Positions 48,400 through 56,554 of a DNA stretch of 64,000 bases are shown here, one piece after another. The notes under the pieces are model-generated. The model made no database searches, was not told the DNA's origin, and saw only the letters and a list, made by a program, of their open reading frames with translations. The stretch comes from Candidatus Fermentibacteraceae bacterium (lineage in GTDB: Bacteria; Fermentibacterota; Fermentibacteria; Fermentibacterales; JCC-6). The stretch spans positions 96,001-160,000 of the forward strand of contig JBGSZS010000009.1 of assembly GCA_041750285.1 (NCBI GenBank). The letters are read 5' to 3'. The position numbers and the translations under genes were made by a program. The first letter of the stretch is position 1; every line of letters begins with the position of its first letter.

Positions 48400-50625
48400 T
48401 CAGCGGAGGACGGTGCACTTTCTCTGATCACTGCCTCCCGGAGCTGTGACTGTTTGGAAGTAGACTCCCGCTGGCAGGTCCGATGTGTCCCACGATACGC
48501 TGTGCAACCCCGCCGATGCGACTCCCGTGTGAAGAACGGTCACAACCCTTCCAGCAAGGTCGTAGACGACAAGGTCAACCGGTCCGGGGGCGGAAATGCT
48601 GAACCCGACGTTCACCACTCCCGAAACGGGGTTGGAAAGGTCGTTCAGAAAGGCCGGTACGCCTTGAACACCCCGGCCTTCAATGCCGGTCGTCGTCCAT
48701 GAAATCTGTGTCTCAGCGGTCGGTGAGAACCCGAACTCGGTGCTGACCGCCTCAAGCAGGATCGTCGTTGTTTCCTCACCCTCGGATCTGGTCACCGCCG
48801 GAACGAAGCAGGCGTTGTTCGGGGTTGCCCAAAGGAAGGTTCTGCTCTCGTCCGGGTTCAACCTGTATACGTTGTAGGTGTATATCGGACCCGGGCTGTG
48901 GTTCCATCTCAGCCTGATGGTGCCGTTGTTGTCATCGATCTGGTTGAACTGCTCGACCATCAGACCGCCGGGAGCGGCAGGTTCATACTGCTCCCCCCTG
49001 ATTATCCCAAGCCTTCCTATGCGGATCTGGTAGTCATCGATCACCGTAGTGCTCTGAAAGCGAAGGGCGATGACGGACAACGTATCTCCCGAGAGGCTTG
49101 AAAGGGGGATCTCCCACGTGTTCCAGCCCTGCTCCGGCCCATCGGGCACGGAAAAGTAGGTGAAAGACATTGGATCAGTGGAGGTGGACAACGCCACTTC
49201 CATCTCCGAAGGCAGGCCTGCACCGCCCCTGTTCCACGTGACGACAAAGCTGTCATCCCCCTGCAGCAGGGCATCGGTCTTGTAAAGGTACAGCATGGTA
49301 GTGTTCGACGGAGAAAGCTCTCCGGAAACCTTCAGACTGCTTCCGCCGTAGTAGGGGACTTCCCAGTCGAGTTCGGGATAAAGGGCGGTACCGCTGCTCC
49401 TGGCCATATACCTCCACGTTGGAAGCACATCCATCTGGCTGCGGTTGTGCCAGGGGCTTTCAGAAAGAACGGTCCCATCGATTGCTGTGCGGTATCCCTG
49501 CCCCGTATTGAAGTTGGTAACGAACGGCAGGACCGTAACGGGTGTCATGGCTGGAACGTAGTGCGCCATCCCCTTCCAGGGATGGGTTGTCTGGGTATTG
49601 CCGGGGTCCCGGTTGGCTCCGACCCAGAACCGGTTTTCTCTTGTATAGAAGGAAGCGTGACCGGAGGCATTCGTGTATGTCCAGTTCGGGCAGTAGAACC
49701 CCAGACTGACTGTATGGTCTTCTCCCTCGGGGAACACCCATGCCCAGTTCACGCCGGTATTGTAACCCCCGGACTGAACATCGACTCCTGCGTACAGGTC
49801 GTATGGGCTCCTTCCCAGAGATATCGCGTGATCGGCGGAGTTCTGGAGCCCTGCCTGGGTCCACCAGAAATTGAGGAACATCTCGTCGCTCACTGTCTGG
49901 CCCTCATACTGGAAAAACCAGTCGTTACTGCTGTTCAGAGCGTTCTGCCATGAGATGCTGCCCGATTCAGTCATTGCATCGTACCACTGTATCCTGATGT
50001 TGGAGCTCTCCTGGATGTAGAGCAGCATGTCCCTCATATCCTGGGCGAGTTGGGCGTTCCCCCCCGCGGTTTCCTGGTTGATGAACCAACCGTCGAAGCC
50101 GTAGTACTCTGCCACCTCGATGAGCTTGTCGGCGACAGGAAATGTCTCGCCTTCCTTCTGGACGAAGTCCCAAACCCATTGGATCTGGCCTCCGTACTGT
50201 GTCGGAGGAAAGAACACCGTTCCGTAGACCGGCACTCCATTCCTGTGGGCTGCATCTATGACACCGGGATTCGGTGCCAGGATCAGCCCCTCTCCCGCGC
50301 TCCCGCCCCAGAAGGTGAGCTGCTGGATGTACTGCCAGTAGCCGAATGCGTAGGTGTCGATCCCCGGTCCGCCCTGGGAAGGGTTGAAGCTTGTTGAAGG
50401 GTACATGATGCTTATTGAAGTGATTCCGGCCTGGCCGGGGATAGCGTGAGCGTTGCACTGCGTGTCTCCCAGGCTTCTTGTCGCCAGTGGAATGGCACTT
50501 CTGTTGTAGGGCGCGTCAGGATCCGAGAAGGGGCTCCAGGCAAGTAGGTCGGCGGGGTGCCAGTACGACGCATACGGTTGACCGGGAAGCGTCTGAGCGA
50601 ACAGAACCGCAGCAAGCAAGAGCAT
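48400..50625 (-). CDS. Endo-beta-N-acetylglucosaminidase (GH85) with a T9SS type-A-like C-terminal domain
   Basis: IDAAHRNGVPVYGT, YYGFDGWFINQET, WYDAM, FLNFWW, PFVTNFNTGQG; C-terminal NP...VYDLAGR...PAGVYF...K. Confidence 0.88.
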   Translation of the reverse strand: MLLLAAVLFAQTLPGQPYASYWHPADLLAWSPFSDPDAPYNRSAIPLATRSLGDTQCNAHAIPGQAGITSISIMYPSTSFNPSQGGPGIDTYAFGYWQYIQQLTFWGGSAGEGLILAPNPGVIDAAHRNGVPVYGTVFFPPTQYGGQIQWVWDFVQKEGETFPVADKLIEVAEYYGFDGWFINQETAGGNAQLAQDMRDMLLYIQESSNIRIQWYDAMTESGSISWQNALNSSNDWFFQYEGQTVSDEMFLNFWWTQAGLQNSADHAISLGRSPYDLYAGVDVQSGGYNTGVNWAWVFPEGEDHTVSLGFYCPNWTYTNASGHASFYTRENRFWVGANRDPGNTQTTHPWKGMAHYVPAMTPVTVLPFVTNFNTGQGYRTAIDGTVLSESPWHNRSQMDVLPTWRYMARSSGTALYPELDWEVPYYGGSSLKVSGELSPSNTTMLYLYKTDALLQGDDSFVVTWNRGGAGLPSEMEVALSTSTDPMSFTYFSVPDGPEQGWNTWEIPLSSLSGDTLSVIALRFQSTTVIDDYQIRIGRLGIIRGEQYEPAAPGGLMVEQFNQIDDNNGTIRLRWNHSPGPIYTYNVYRLNPDESRTFLWATPNNACFVPAVTRSEGEETTTILLEAVSTEFGFSPTAETQISWTTTGIEGRGVQGVPAFLNDLSNPVSGVVNVGFSISAPGPVDLVVYDLAGRVVTVLHTGVASAGLHSVSWDTSDLPAGVYFQTVTAPGGSDQRKCTVLR

Positions 50626-50643
50626 GTCAACTCCTCTCCACCG

Positions 50644-51099
50644 TCAGCGGTGGTTCCTGAAGAACTCTTTCAGAAGCCTTGATGATTCTTCCGCCAGCAC
50701 TCCCCCAAGAACCCTCGGGTAATGGTTGAGATGCGGCATCGCTTCCAGGTCGGCCACCGAGCCGAAAGCGCCGAACCTCTTGTCCCAGGCTCCATACACG
50801 ACCAGTGAAATCCGTGTCAGCAGAACCAGTCCCGCACACATCACACAGGGTTCAAGGGTCGTGAACAGAGAAGCACCGGAAAGCCTCCAGTCACCCAAAG
50901 CATTGCATGCCTGATCAATGACCAGGTGCTCGGCATGTGCCCAGGGTTTTCCCATCTCCCTGGTCCGGTTGGAATCGCAGAACACTGCACCATCGGCGGT
51001 CACGAGAACGGCGCCGACAGGGACCTCGCCTCGACTGAAAGCGCTCTGAGCCTCGTTCAAGGCGATCCTCATGTAATCGAGACGCGCGGATTCAGTCAC
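50644..51099 (-). CDS. tadA: tRNA adenosine(34) deaminase
   Basis: GEVPVGAV, AHAE, WRLSGASLFTTLEPCVMCAG, LNHYP, LLKEFF. Confidence 0.9.
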   Translation of the reverse strand: MTESARLDYMRIALNEAQSAFSRGEVPVGAVLVTADGAVFCDSNRTREMGKPWAHAEHLVIDQACNALGDWRLSGASLFTTLEPCVMCAGLVLLTRISLVVYGAWDKRFGAFGSVADLEAMPHLNHYPRVLGGVLAEESSRLLKEFFRNHR

Positions 51100-52346
51100 T
51101 TGCGCATCAGGGCTTCGATCTCGTCAGGAGTTCTCGGAAACCCTTCAGAGAGAACTGTATTGCCGGTTTCCCCAACCAGCACGTCATCCTCGATGCGAAT
51201 TCCTATTCCCTCCTCTGCGGAGTAAAAACCGGGTTCCACGGTGAAAACCATCCCGGCTGCAATTGGAAGCTGTGGAACCTGTTCATCGTGGGTATCCAAC
51301 CCGATGTGATGCCCGATGCCGTGATAGAAGTATTTCTCGAAGTCTTCGGGGCGATCGATGACACCCCTCGAAAGCATCAGCTCACGATAGAACGTGTTGA
51401 CCTCTTCCCCCCACTGGCGGTGAAGAATTCCGGGGCGAAGGAGCTGGATCGCCTTGTTCTGCACTTCGAGAACGAGGTCCATGAGTTCCCTCTGCCTGGG
51501 GCTGTACTTCCCGTTAACGGGGACGGTTCTTGTGATATCGGCGCAGTAAAGGTCTTTCATGGCTCCGTGGTCGACAAGGAGCAGCTCGCCTTCGGACAGC
51601 ACCGCCCTGTTCTCACCGTAGTGCAGGCATGTGGCCCGGGGACCGCCGGCACAAATGGTGGGGAAAGCAGGAGTCTTCTCCCCTTCATAAGCCCACCTGT
51701 ACAACAGCTCGGCCTCGAACTCGTACTCGCGCATCCCCGGCCTCAAACTGGCCACGGCCTGCTCGAAACCCCTTCTCGTGAGCTCTGTCGCTTCGCGGAT
51801 GCACTGTACTTCCTTCTCATCCTTGATCATTCGAAGACGGAAGATGCCCTCTCCGGCATTGTGAATGGCCACGTCCGGAAAAGCGTCCCTGAATCTCCTC
51901 ACGAGCGACAGGCCCCTGCCTGAAAACTCGCCAAGGCCTGTTCTGTGCCAGTCGAAGTAGAAGTTCCTCAGACCCTCCTTGCAAACGAGTTTTTCGAGGA
52001 GCTTCTCCTGGCCGCCGGAGAACCGGACCTCGGAGATACCGCTGATATCGGTGGCCTGCTCTCTCGTGAGAACCGTGCCGTACCACTTCGCGTACTCTTC
52101 ATCGTATGGGGAAATGAAAAGGCACTCCTTGACCTCTGGTCTTCCCGCAAGGCGCCACATGACAAGCCAGGTACCCTCCTGAACGATCCCGGTGAGGTAG
52201 TAGAGGTTTCTGGAAGGGATGAGACCGTAGACCGCGTCGGCACTGGATGGAATGGATGCAGCGGCAGGTACAACGACGCAGAACTCATGAGGCATCGACT
52301 CGACGAGCCTGGCCCGTCTTTCGCTGAAAGAAGCCGAACTGAACAC
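51096..52346 (-). CDS. pepP: Xaa-Pro aminopeptidase (M24B)
   Basis: YYLTGI, RMIKD, CLHY, VDHGA...ADITRT, HGIGHHIGLDTHD, TVEPG, GIRIEDD. Confidence 0.9.
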   Translation of the reverse strand: MFSSASFSERRARLVESMPHEFCVVVPAAASIPSSADAVYGLIPSRNLYYLTGIVQEGTWLVMWRLAGRPEVKECLFISPYDEEYAKWYGTVLTREQATDISGISEVRFSGGQEKLLEKLVCKEGLRNFYFDWHRTGLGEFSGRGLSLVRRFRDAFPDVAIHNAGEGIFRLRMIKDEKEVQCIREATELTRRGFEQAVASLRPGMREYEFEAELLYRWAYEGEKTPAFPTICAGGPRATCLHYGENRAVLSEGELLLVDHGAMKDLYCADITRTVPVNGKYSPRQRELMDLVLEVQNKAIQLLRPGILHRQWGEEVNTFYRELMLSRGVIDRPEDFEKYFYHGIGHHIGLDTHDEQVPQLPIAAGMVFTVEPGFYSAEEGIGIRIEDDVLVGETGNTVLSEGFPRTPDEIEALMRK

Positions 52347-52918
52347 TATATCTCCTTAATGATGAGCTCCGAAAAGGGCTTTTTCGGCACATGGTGCCTG
52401 CCGGCGGAGTCGCGGTAGTACTTGACCGACCCTGAAAACTTTTCAAGAACGACTTTCTCACCCGGAACACCAACGGCGATTACGAGTTCGGGACGAACAT
52501 CATTGGTGCACGCAATCGCTGCCACGCTTTCACGGGGAAACGAGAGGAGGATGCAACACCCATATCCCTTGTCCCGTGCGGCGAGGGCGATGTACGCCGC
52601 TGCAATGCCCGTGTCGATTCCGGTGAAAGACCGTTCTTCGCCGGCCGGAGAGGAAATCACGATGTATGCGCTGGGGCGTTCACCCTCGGCGGGACCCTGC
52701 CAGTCCTCAAGGTATCCTGCCCACCCAAGCCCCCGGAAAAGCTGATTCCTGGCCCGCTCGCCGGTAACGATGGAGTACCTAAGCCTTTGGAGATTCGATG
52801 CGCATGGAGCAAGGGATGCGGTCTCCACGATTTCCCGAAGGTCTTCCAGCGCTGCAGGCTTCGATTCAATGAACCGCCTGACAGATCTGGTAGCAGATGC
52901 GAGCTGCCTGAAAAACAT
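52346..52918 (-). CDS. Nitroreductase-family protein
   Basis: RSVRRF, APCASNLQ, DTGIAA..LAA...GYGCC. Confidence 0.88.
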   Translation of the reverse strand: MFFRQLASATRSVRRFIESKPAALEDLREIVETASLAPCASNLQRLRYSIVTGERARNQLFRGLGWAGYLEDWQGPAEGERPSAYIVISSPAGEERSFTGIDTGIAAAYIALAARDKGYGCCILLSFPRESVAAIACTNDVRPELVIAVGVPGEKVVLEKFSGSVKYYRDSAGRHHVPKKPFSELIIKEI

Positions 52919-52958
52919 GTCTCTTCCCCTTTCACAAGAGCAAGTATAACATCAGCAA

Positions 52959-52984
52959 GGGGGCGCGGCCTTGACCGCGCCCCC
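52959..52984 (-). terminator. Hairpin downstream of hsp20
   Basis: 10-bp stem gggggcgcgg/ccgcgccccc; weak U-tail. Confidence 0.5.
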
Positions 52985-53007
52985 CCGGGTCTTTCAGGCG
53001 ATGTGCC

Positions 53008-53448
53008 TCAGCCCTTGATGGTGATCTTCCTGTGGAGGGCTTTCTCCTCCTTGGGAATGGTAATGGTGAGCACACCGTCTGCGAAGTCTGCCTCGGCCTT
53101 GTCGTGTTTCACGTCGGGCGGAAGGCTGAAGCTGCGGGTGAAAGATCCATAGCGCATTTCCCTGCGGTGCCAGGTGTCGCCGGATTTCTCCTCCTCGATC
53201 TTCTTCTCGCCCCGGATCGTGAGAACACCGTTGGCAACCTCGATCTCGATGGCATCCTTAGGGATTCCAGGAAGCTCTGCCTTGATCTTTATGGAATCGC
53301 CCTTTTCGCAGATGTCAACAGCGGGTGCCCACTGGTATTCCTGAGTTCCGTCGATCTCGGGCCAGAGGCCTTCGAATACACGGTTCATGTTTCTCACCAT
53401 GTCGTAGGGGGTGAGGCCCGTTTCGCGGTTCTGCCTGATGAGTCTCAT
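53008..53448 (-). CDS. Hsp20/alpha-crystallin small heat-shock protein
   Basis: WAPAVDI, AELPGI, LTIRGEK, EMRYGSFTRSFSLP, DGVLTITIPK; AAGGAG RBS. Confidence 0.95.
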   Translation of the reverse strand: MRLIRQNRETGLTPYDMVRNMNRVFEGLWPEIDGTQEYQWAPAVDICEKGDSIKIKAELPGIPKDAIEIEVANGVLTIRGEKKIEEEKSGDTWHRREMRYGSFTRSFSLPPDVKHDKAEADFADGVLTITIPKEEKALHRKITIKG

Positions 53449-53504
53449 GATCTTTCTCCTTTCTGCATTCATCCCTTTTCAGGGTTGTTCCGCACTGGAT
53501 TCAA

Positions 53505-53522
53505 ATGCAAAACCTTTGCCAA
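53505..53522 (-). promoter_or_regulatory. Sigma54 (-24/-12) promoter of hsp20
   Basis: TTGGCAAAGGTTTTGCAT: GG-N10-GC matching TGGCA..TTGC. Confidence 0.75.
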
Positions 53523-53596
53523 TTCATGCAGAAAGAACCGTATATGCATGCTGAACAGAGACATACACTTCATTCGATCGGGCATCCGAACGCATG

Positions 53597-53631
53597 AAGA
53601 AAGCCCGGTGCGTCGTATTGGCGCACCGGGC
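53597..53631 (-). terminator. Intrinsic terminator after pmbA
   Basis: Stem gcccggtgcg/cgcaccgggc followed by TTTCTT on the minus strand. Confidence 0.75.
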
Positions 53632-53638
53632 CGACTTC

Positions 53639-54949
53639 CTATTTCCCGGAGATGCTGACGCTCTCCAGAAGCACTGCTGGATCAAGCCGTGTGGACAGGG
53701 GGTTGTACGGTCTGTCCTGAACCGCCTGAACCCGGTTGAGCACATCGTAGACATTGCCGGCCATCATGCCGTCCTTTACCCTGCCCACGATCCTGCCTTT
53801 CTCCACCAGTATCCCCGGATTGAATCCCACTGAAAAATCCCCGTTGATGATGTTGCCCGAGTGTGCACCCAGGAGCCCGAACGCCAGTATGCCCCTGTCA
53901 ATCATCGACAGCATTTCGTCGAAGCTCGTATCTCCCGTCATGAACGTTCCGTTGCGGAAACTCGGTTCAGGGGAAAGAGCAACAGGATCTCCTCCCCACA
54001 TGCTCGAGCGGAAACCGCTTCCCGTAGGCTTCACCCCGATTTTTCCAGCATAGAACAGATTGGTGTAGGGACCCTTGAAAACGCCATTCTCAAAAAGGGC
54101 GACCCGCCCGGTTGCAACCCCTTCGTCATCAAAGGCGCGGCGTGCCACTGCGGGATCCCTCTCGGGATCGGCAACCAGGGTGAGCTTTTCCGAAAGCACC
54201 TCTTCTCCCACCCTGCCCTTCAGCGGGGTCGCTCCGGAATGGAACGACCTGGCACTCGATGCCGCGGTCAGTCTCCAGAGAACTCCGTACAGGCTTCCGG
54301 GAAGAAGCATGACCTGCATTTTTCCGTCACCCGCCCCGACCTCGGGAAGAGACTCTTCATAAATTCGGCATTTGTTAGCGACCGACTCACTGTCGACCGG
54401 GGCGTCCGAAACACCTGCAAACATCGTGTGAAGGCTTGTTTCGGTTCCCGGATACCTTGCTGAAATGCTTCCGAAAACGCCGGAGCTTCTGTGAAGCAGA
54501 TCGGTGCCGGATGTATTGATAAGCCTGACAGTTTCCACGGCACTCCCGGCACTGGTGTCGATGCAGCTCCGGGAAAGTGACCCCGCCATCTCCTCCATCT
54601 TCTCGCAGATCGAAAGGGCCTCCGGGAAACCGGACCCCTCCACTTTCTCATCGAAACCGCCGATATCTGGCTTCATGGAGGTATGGGGGAACTGGAAATC
54701 CACCTCCGGGCCGTGCTCGAGTGAAAGAAGAGCGCAATCCAGCAGGGCCTGCCTGTCCAGAAGGTTCTTCGTGTAGGCTGTACCCATTCTGCCGTTCCTG
54801 ATAAGACGAATGGCGCAGCCCGACTGAATGGTGGCTGTCGTATCCACGACATGGCCTTCCCTGCGGGACATCTCCACGCTGCGGGTTCTCTGATGATAGA
54901 CCTCGGCGCTGCAGCCGGCCTTCAATGCCAGTTCGAGAAGCTTCTCCAT
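53639..54949 (-). CDS. pmbA: TldE/PmbA-family protein
   Basis: FDDEGV, PTGSGFR, GAHSGNIINGDFSV, MAGNVYD; no HExxxH motif; follows tldD. Confidence 0.85.
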   Translation of the reverse strand: MEKLLELALKAGCSAEVYHQRTRSVEMSRREGHVVDTTATIQSGCAIRLIRNGRMGTAYTKNLLDRQALLDCALLSLEHGPEVDFQFPHTSMKPDIGGFDEKVEGSGFPEALSICEKMEEMAGSLSRSCIDTSAGSAVETVRLINTSGTDLLHRSSGVFGSISARYPGTETSLHTMFAGVSDAPVDSESVANKCRIYEESLPEVGAGDGKMQVMLLPGSLYGVLWRLTAASSARSFHSGATPLKGRVGEEVLSEKLTLVADPERDPAVARRAFDDEGVATGRVALFENGVFKGPYTNLFYAGKIGVKPTGSGFRSSMWGGDPVALSPEPSFRNGTFMTGDTSFDEMLSMIDRGILAFGLLGAHSGNIINGDFSVGFNPGILVEKGRIVGRVKDGMMAGNVYDVLNRVQAVQDRPYNPLSTRLDPAVLLESVSISGK

Positions 54950-56310
54950 CACACACCCCCTACAACCATGCCGCGAACAAGAATGGAGGGTCCGCCGTGG
55001 CCGCTCTTTATGTTGACCTGACCTTTCCCGCAACCACCTCTTTCTCCGAGATGGAAGTCGTTTGCCGCTGCCTCAATGCTTTTCAGCGTGGAGAACAGGT
55101 TCCCCATTATGTTGATGTCCCTGATCATGGGTCCCGCTTCGCCGTTGCGGACCAGGTACCCGTATTGAGCCCCGAAGGTGAAGTTCTCTCCGGCGGTCTG
55201 GCCTCCCTTGGCGTCACAGAGGTAAAGGCCGTTTCCCAGTTGTGCGAGGAGTTCCCTGAACCCCAGTTCTCCCGGTTCGAAAAAAATGGTTCCCATCCTG
55301 ACTATCGGTTCATACCTGTAGTCTTCCGCAACCGCATGACCGGTAACCGGTTCCCCAAAGGCGCCGGCAGTCCTGAGGGAGTGAAGCCTTCCCGTCAGAA
55401 CTCCCCTGGTCATTAGCTGCACCTTCCGCACCGGAACGCCTTCATCGTCGTACCGGTAGTAACCGACCTGCCCCGGCATTGTGGAATCCGCGGTTATGTT
55501 CACCGCATCACTTCCCAGGCGGGCTCCCAGGGCCATTTTCTCCCTCATCGAAGTATTGTCTTCGATGATGTCGGCCTCGCTGAAGTGCCCGAAGGCCTCG
55601 TGGGCAAACACCCCTGTCATCGAGGAGTTCAGAACGACATCGTATGTCCCGGCCTTGAGTGGTTCTGCATCGAGGAGTTCCGCCGCCAGTCCACCCCTCT
55701 TCACGAATTCGTCTTCCCTGTCCAGCAGATTGTGAAAACCATCAGCGCCTCCAACGGCGACCCTGATGTTCTGAAGAAGACCGTTTCTCTCTGCAACCGC
55801 CTCGCCTCCAATTGCCACGGTTACGATACGCTCACGTACCGCCGAGCCACGGGTGCTGACGAAAAACTTCTCACGATCGACCTCGGAATAGCTCACATTG
55901 GTGGTTGCTATCTCAGGCATTCCCAGCATCAGACGGCTGTACTTAGCCGCCAATGCCAGCTTGTCCTGCAGAGGTATGTCGGCGGGGTCTCCGTTCAGAG
56001 AAGGTTCGACATGGTCTATCGTTGCAGGAACGTCGGCAAGGAGCACCCGCTTTCCGCTCTTTCCCATGACTGACGCCCCCTCGGCAGCCAGTCGGAGCGC
56101 CTCCGGAACGTCCTGTTCCCTGGTGACGGTTGCAGACGCAAAACCGTGTTCCTTGTGAACCCGTACGACAAAGCCATCCGTGGAAACCGAATCAACGCCT
56201 TTCAGCTGGTCCTTGATGAACTCAGCGCTGGATGTCCGCATTCTTTCATAGCGGATGTCTGCGTAATCGGCCTCCACCTTGGAAAGAGTCTTCTTCAACA
56301 GATCAAGCAT
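54949..56310 (-). CDS. tldD: TldD-family metalloprotease
   Basis: GGAGG RBS; FAHEAFGHFSEAD, YDDEG, PIVRM, GGCGKGQ, GGP. Confidence 0.92.
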   Translation of the reverse strand: MLDLLKKTLSKVEADYADIRYERMRTSSAEFIKDQLKGVDSVSTDGFVVRVHKEHGFASATVTREQDVPEALRLAAEGASVMGKSGKRVLLADVPATIDHVEPSLNGDPADIPLQDKLALAAKYSRLMLGMPEIATTNVSYSEVDREKFFVSTRGSAVRERIVTVAIGGEAVAERNGLLQNIRVAVGGADGFHNLLDREDEFVKRGGLAAELLDAEPLKAGTYDVVLNSSMTGVFAHEAFGHFSEADIIEDNTSMREKMALGARLGSDAVNITADSTMPGQVGYYRYDDEGVPVRKVQLMTRGVLTGRLHSLRTAGAFGEPVTGHAVAEDYRYEPIVRMGTIFFEPGELGFRELLAQLGNGLYLCDAKGGQTAGENFTFGAQYGYLVRNGEAGPMIRDINIMGNLFSTLKSIEAAANDFHLGERGGCGKGQVNIKSGHGGPSILVRGMVVGGV

Positions 56311-56419
56311 GGTAACCTCCCGTTTTGGGCGACTGGCTTCAGAAAGGTAACATGGCGAATTTTTGAAAATAATGCTAAAAGTACCAGATGCGTTCGAGGC
56401 AGAGCAGCGAGGAAAGTAC

Positions 56420-56449
56420 AGTATACTGCTGCACAACTGGTTACTTCAA
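56420..56449 (-). promoter_or_regulatory. Sigma70-type promoter for tldD, immediately inside the right inverted repeat
   Basis: TTGAAG-N18-TATACT on the minus strand. Confidence 0.5.
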
Positions 56450-56450
56450 T

Positions 56451-56480
56451 AAACTAAGTTATCTAAGTCCGTCCCCTAAA
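56451..56480 (-). repeat. 30-bp inverted repeat, right copy
   Basis: AAACTAAGTTATCTAAGTCCGTCCCCTAAA, the exact reverse complement of 47343-47372. Confidence 0.95.
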
Positions 56481-56521
56481 GAAGAAGCGGGCGCCGGAAA
56501 GGGGGGGGAACCAGCGCCCGC
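56478..56521 (-). terminator. Probable terminator after degP
   Basis: Stem gcgggcgc/gcgcccgc followed by TTCTTCTTT on the minus strand. Confidence 0.5.
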
Positions 56522-56554
56522 CGGGGTGGGGGGGGGAAGAGGAGGAGGTCGGTC

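Noticed and set aside
47343..56480. 30-bp repeat as a CRISPR repeat or a standard IS/composite transposon end
   Set aside because: Only two copies, inverted and 9 kb apart; no spacers, cas genes, transposase or target-site duplication.
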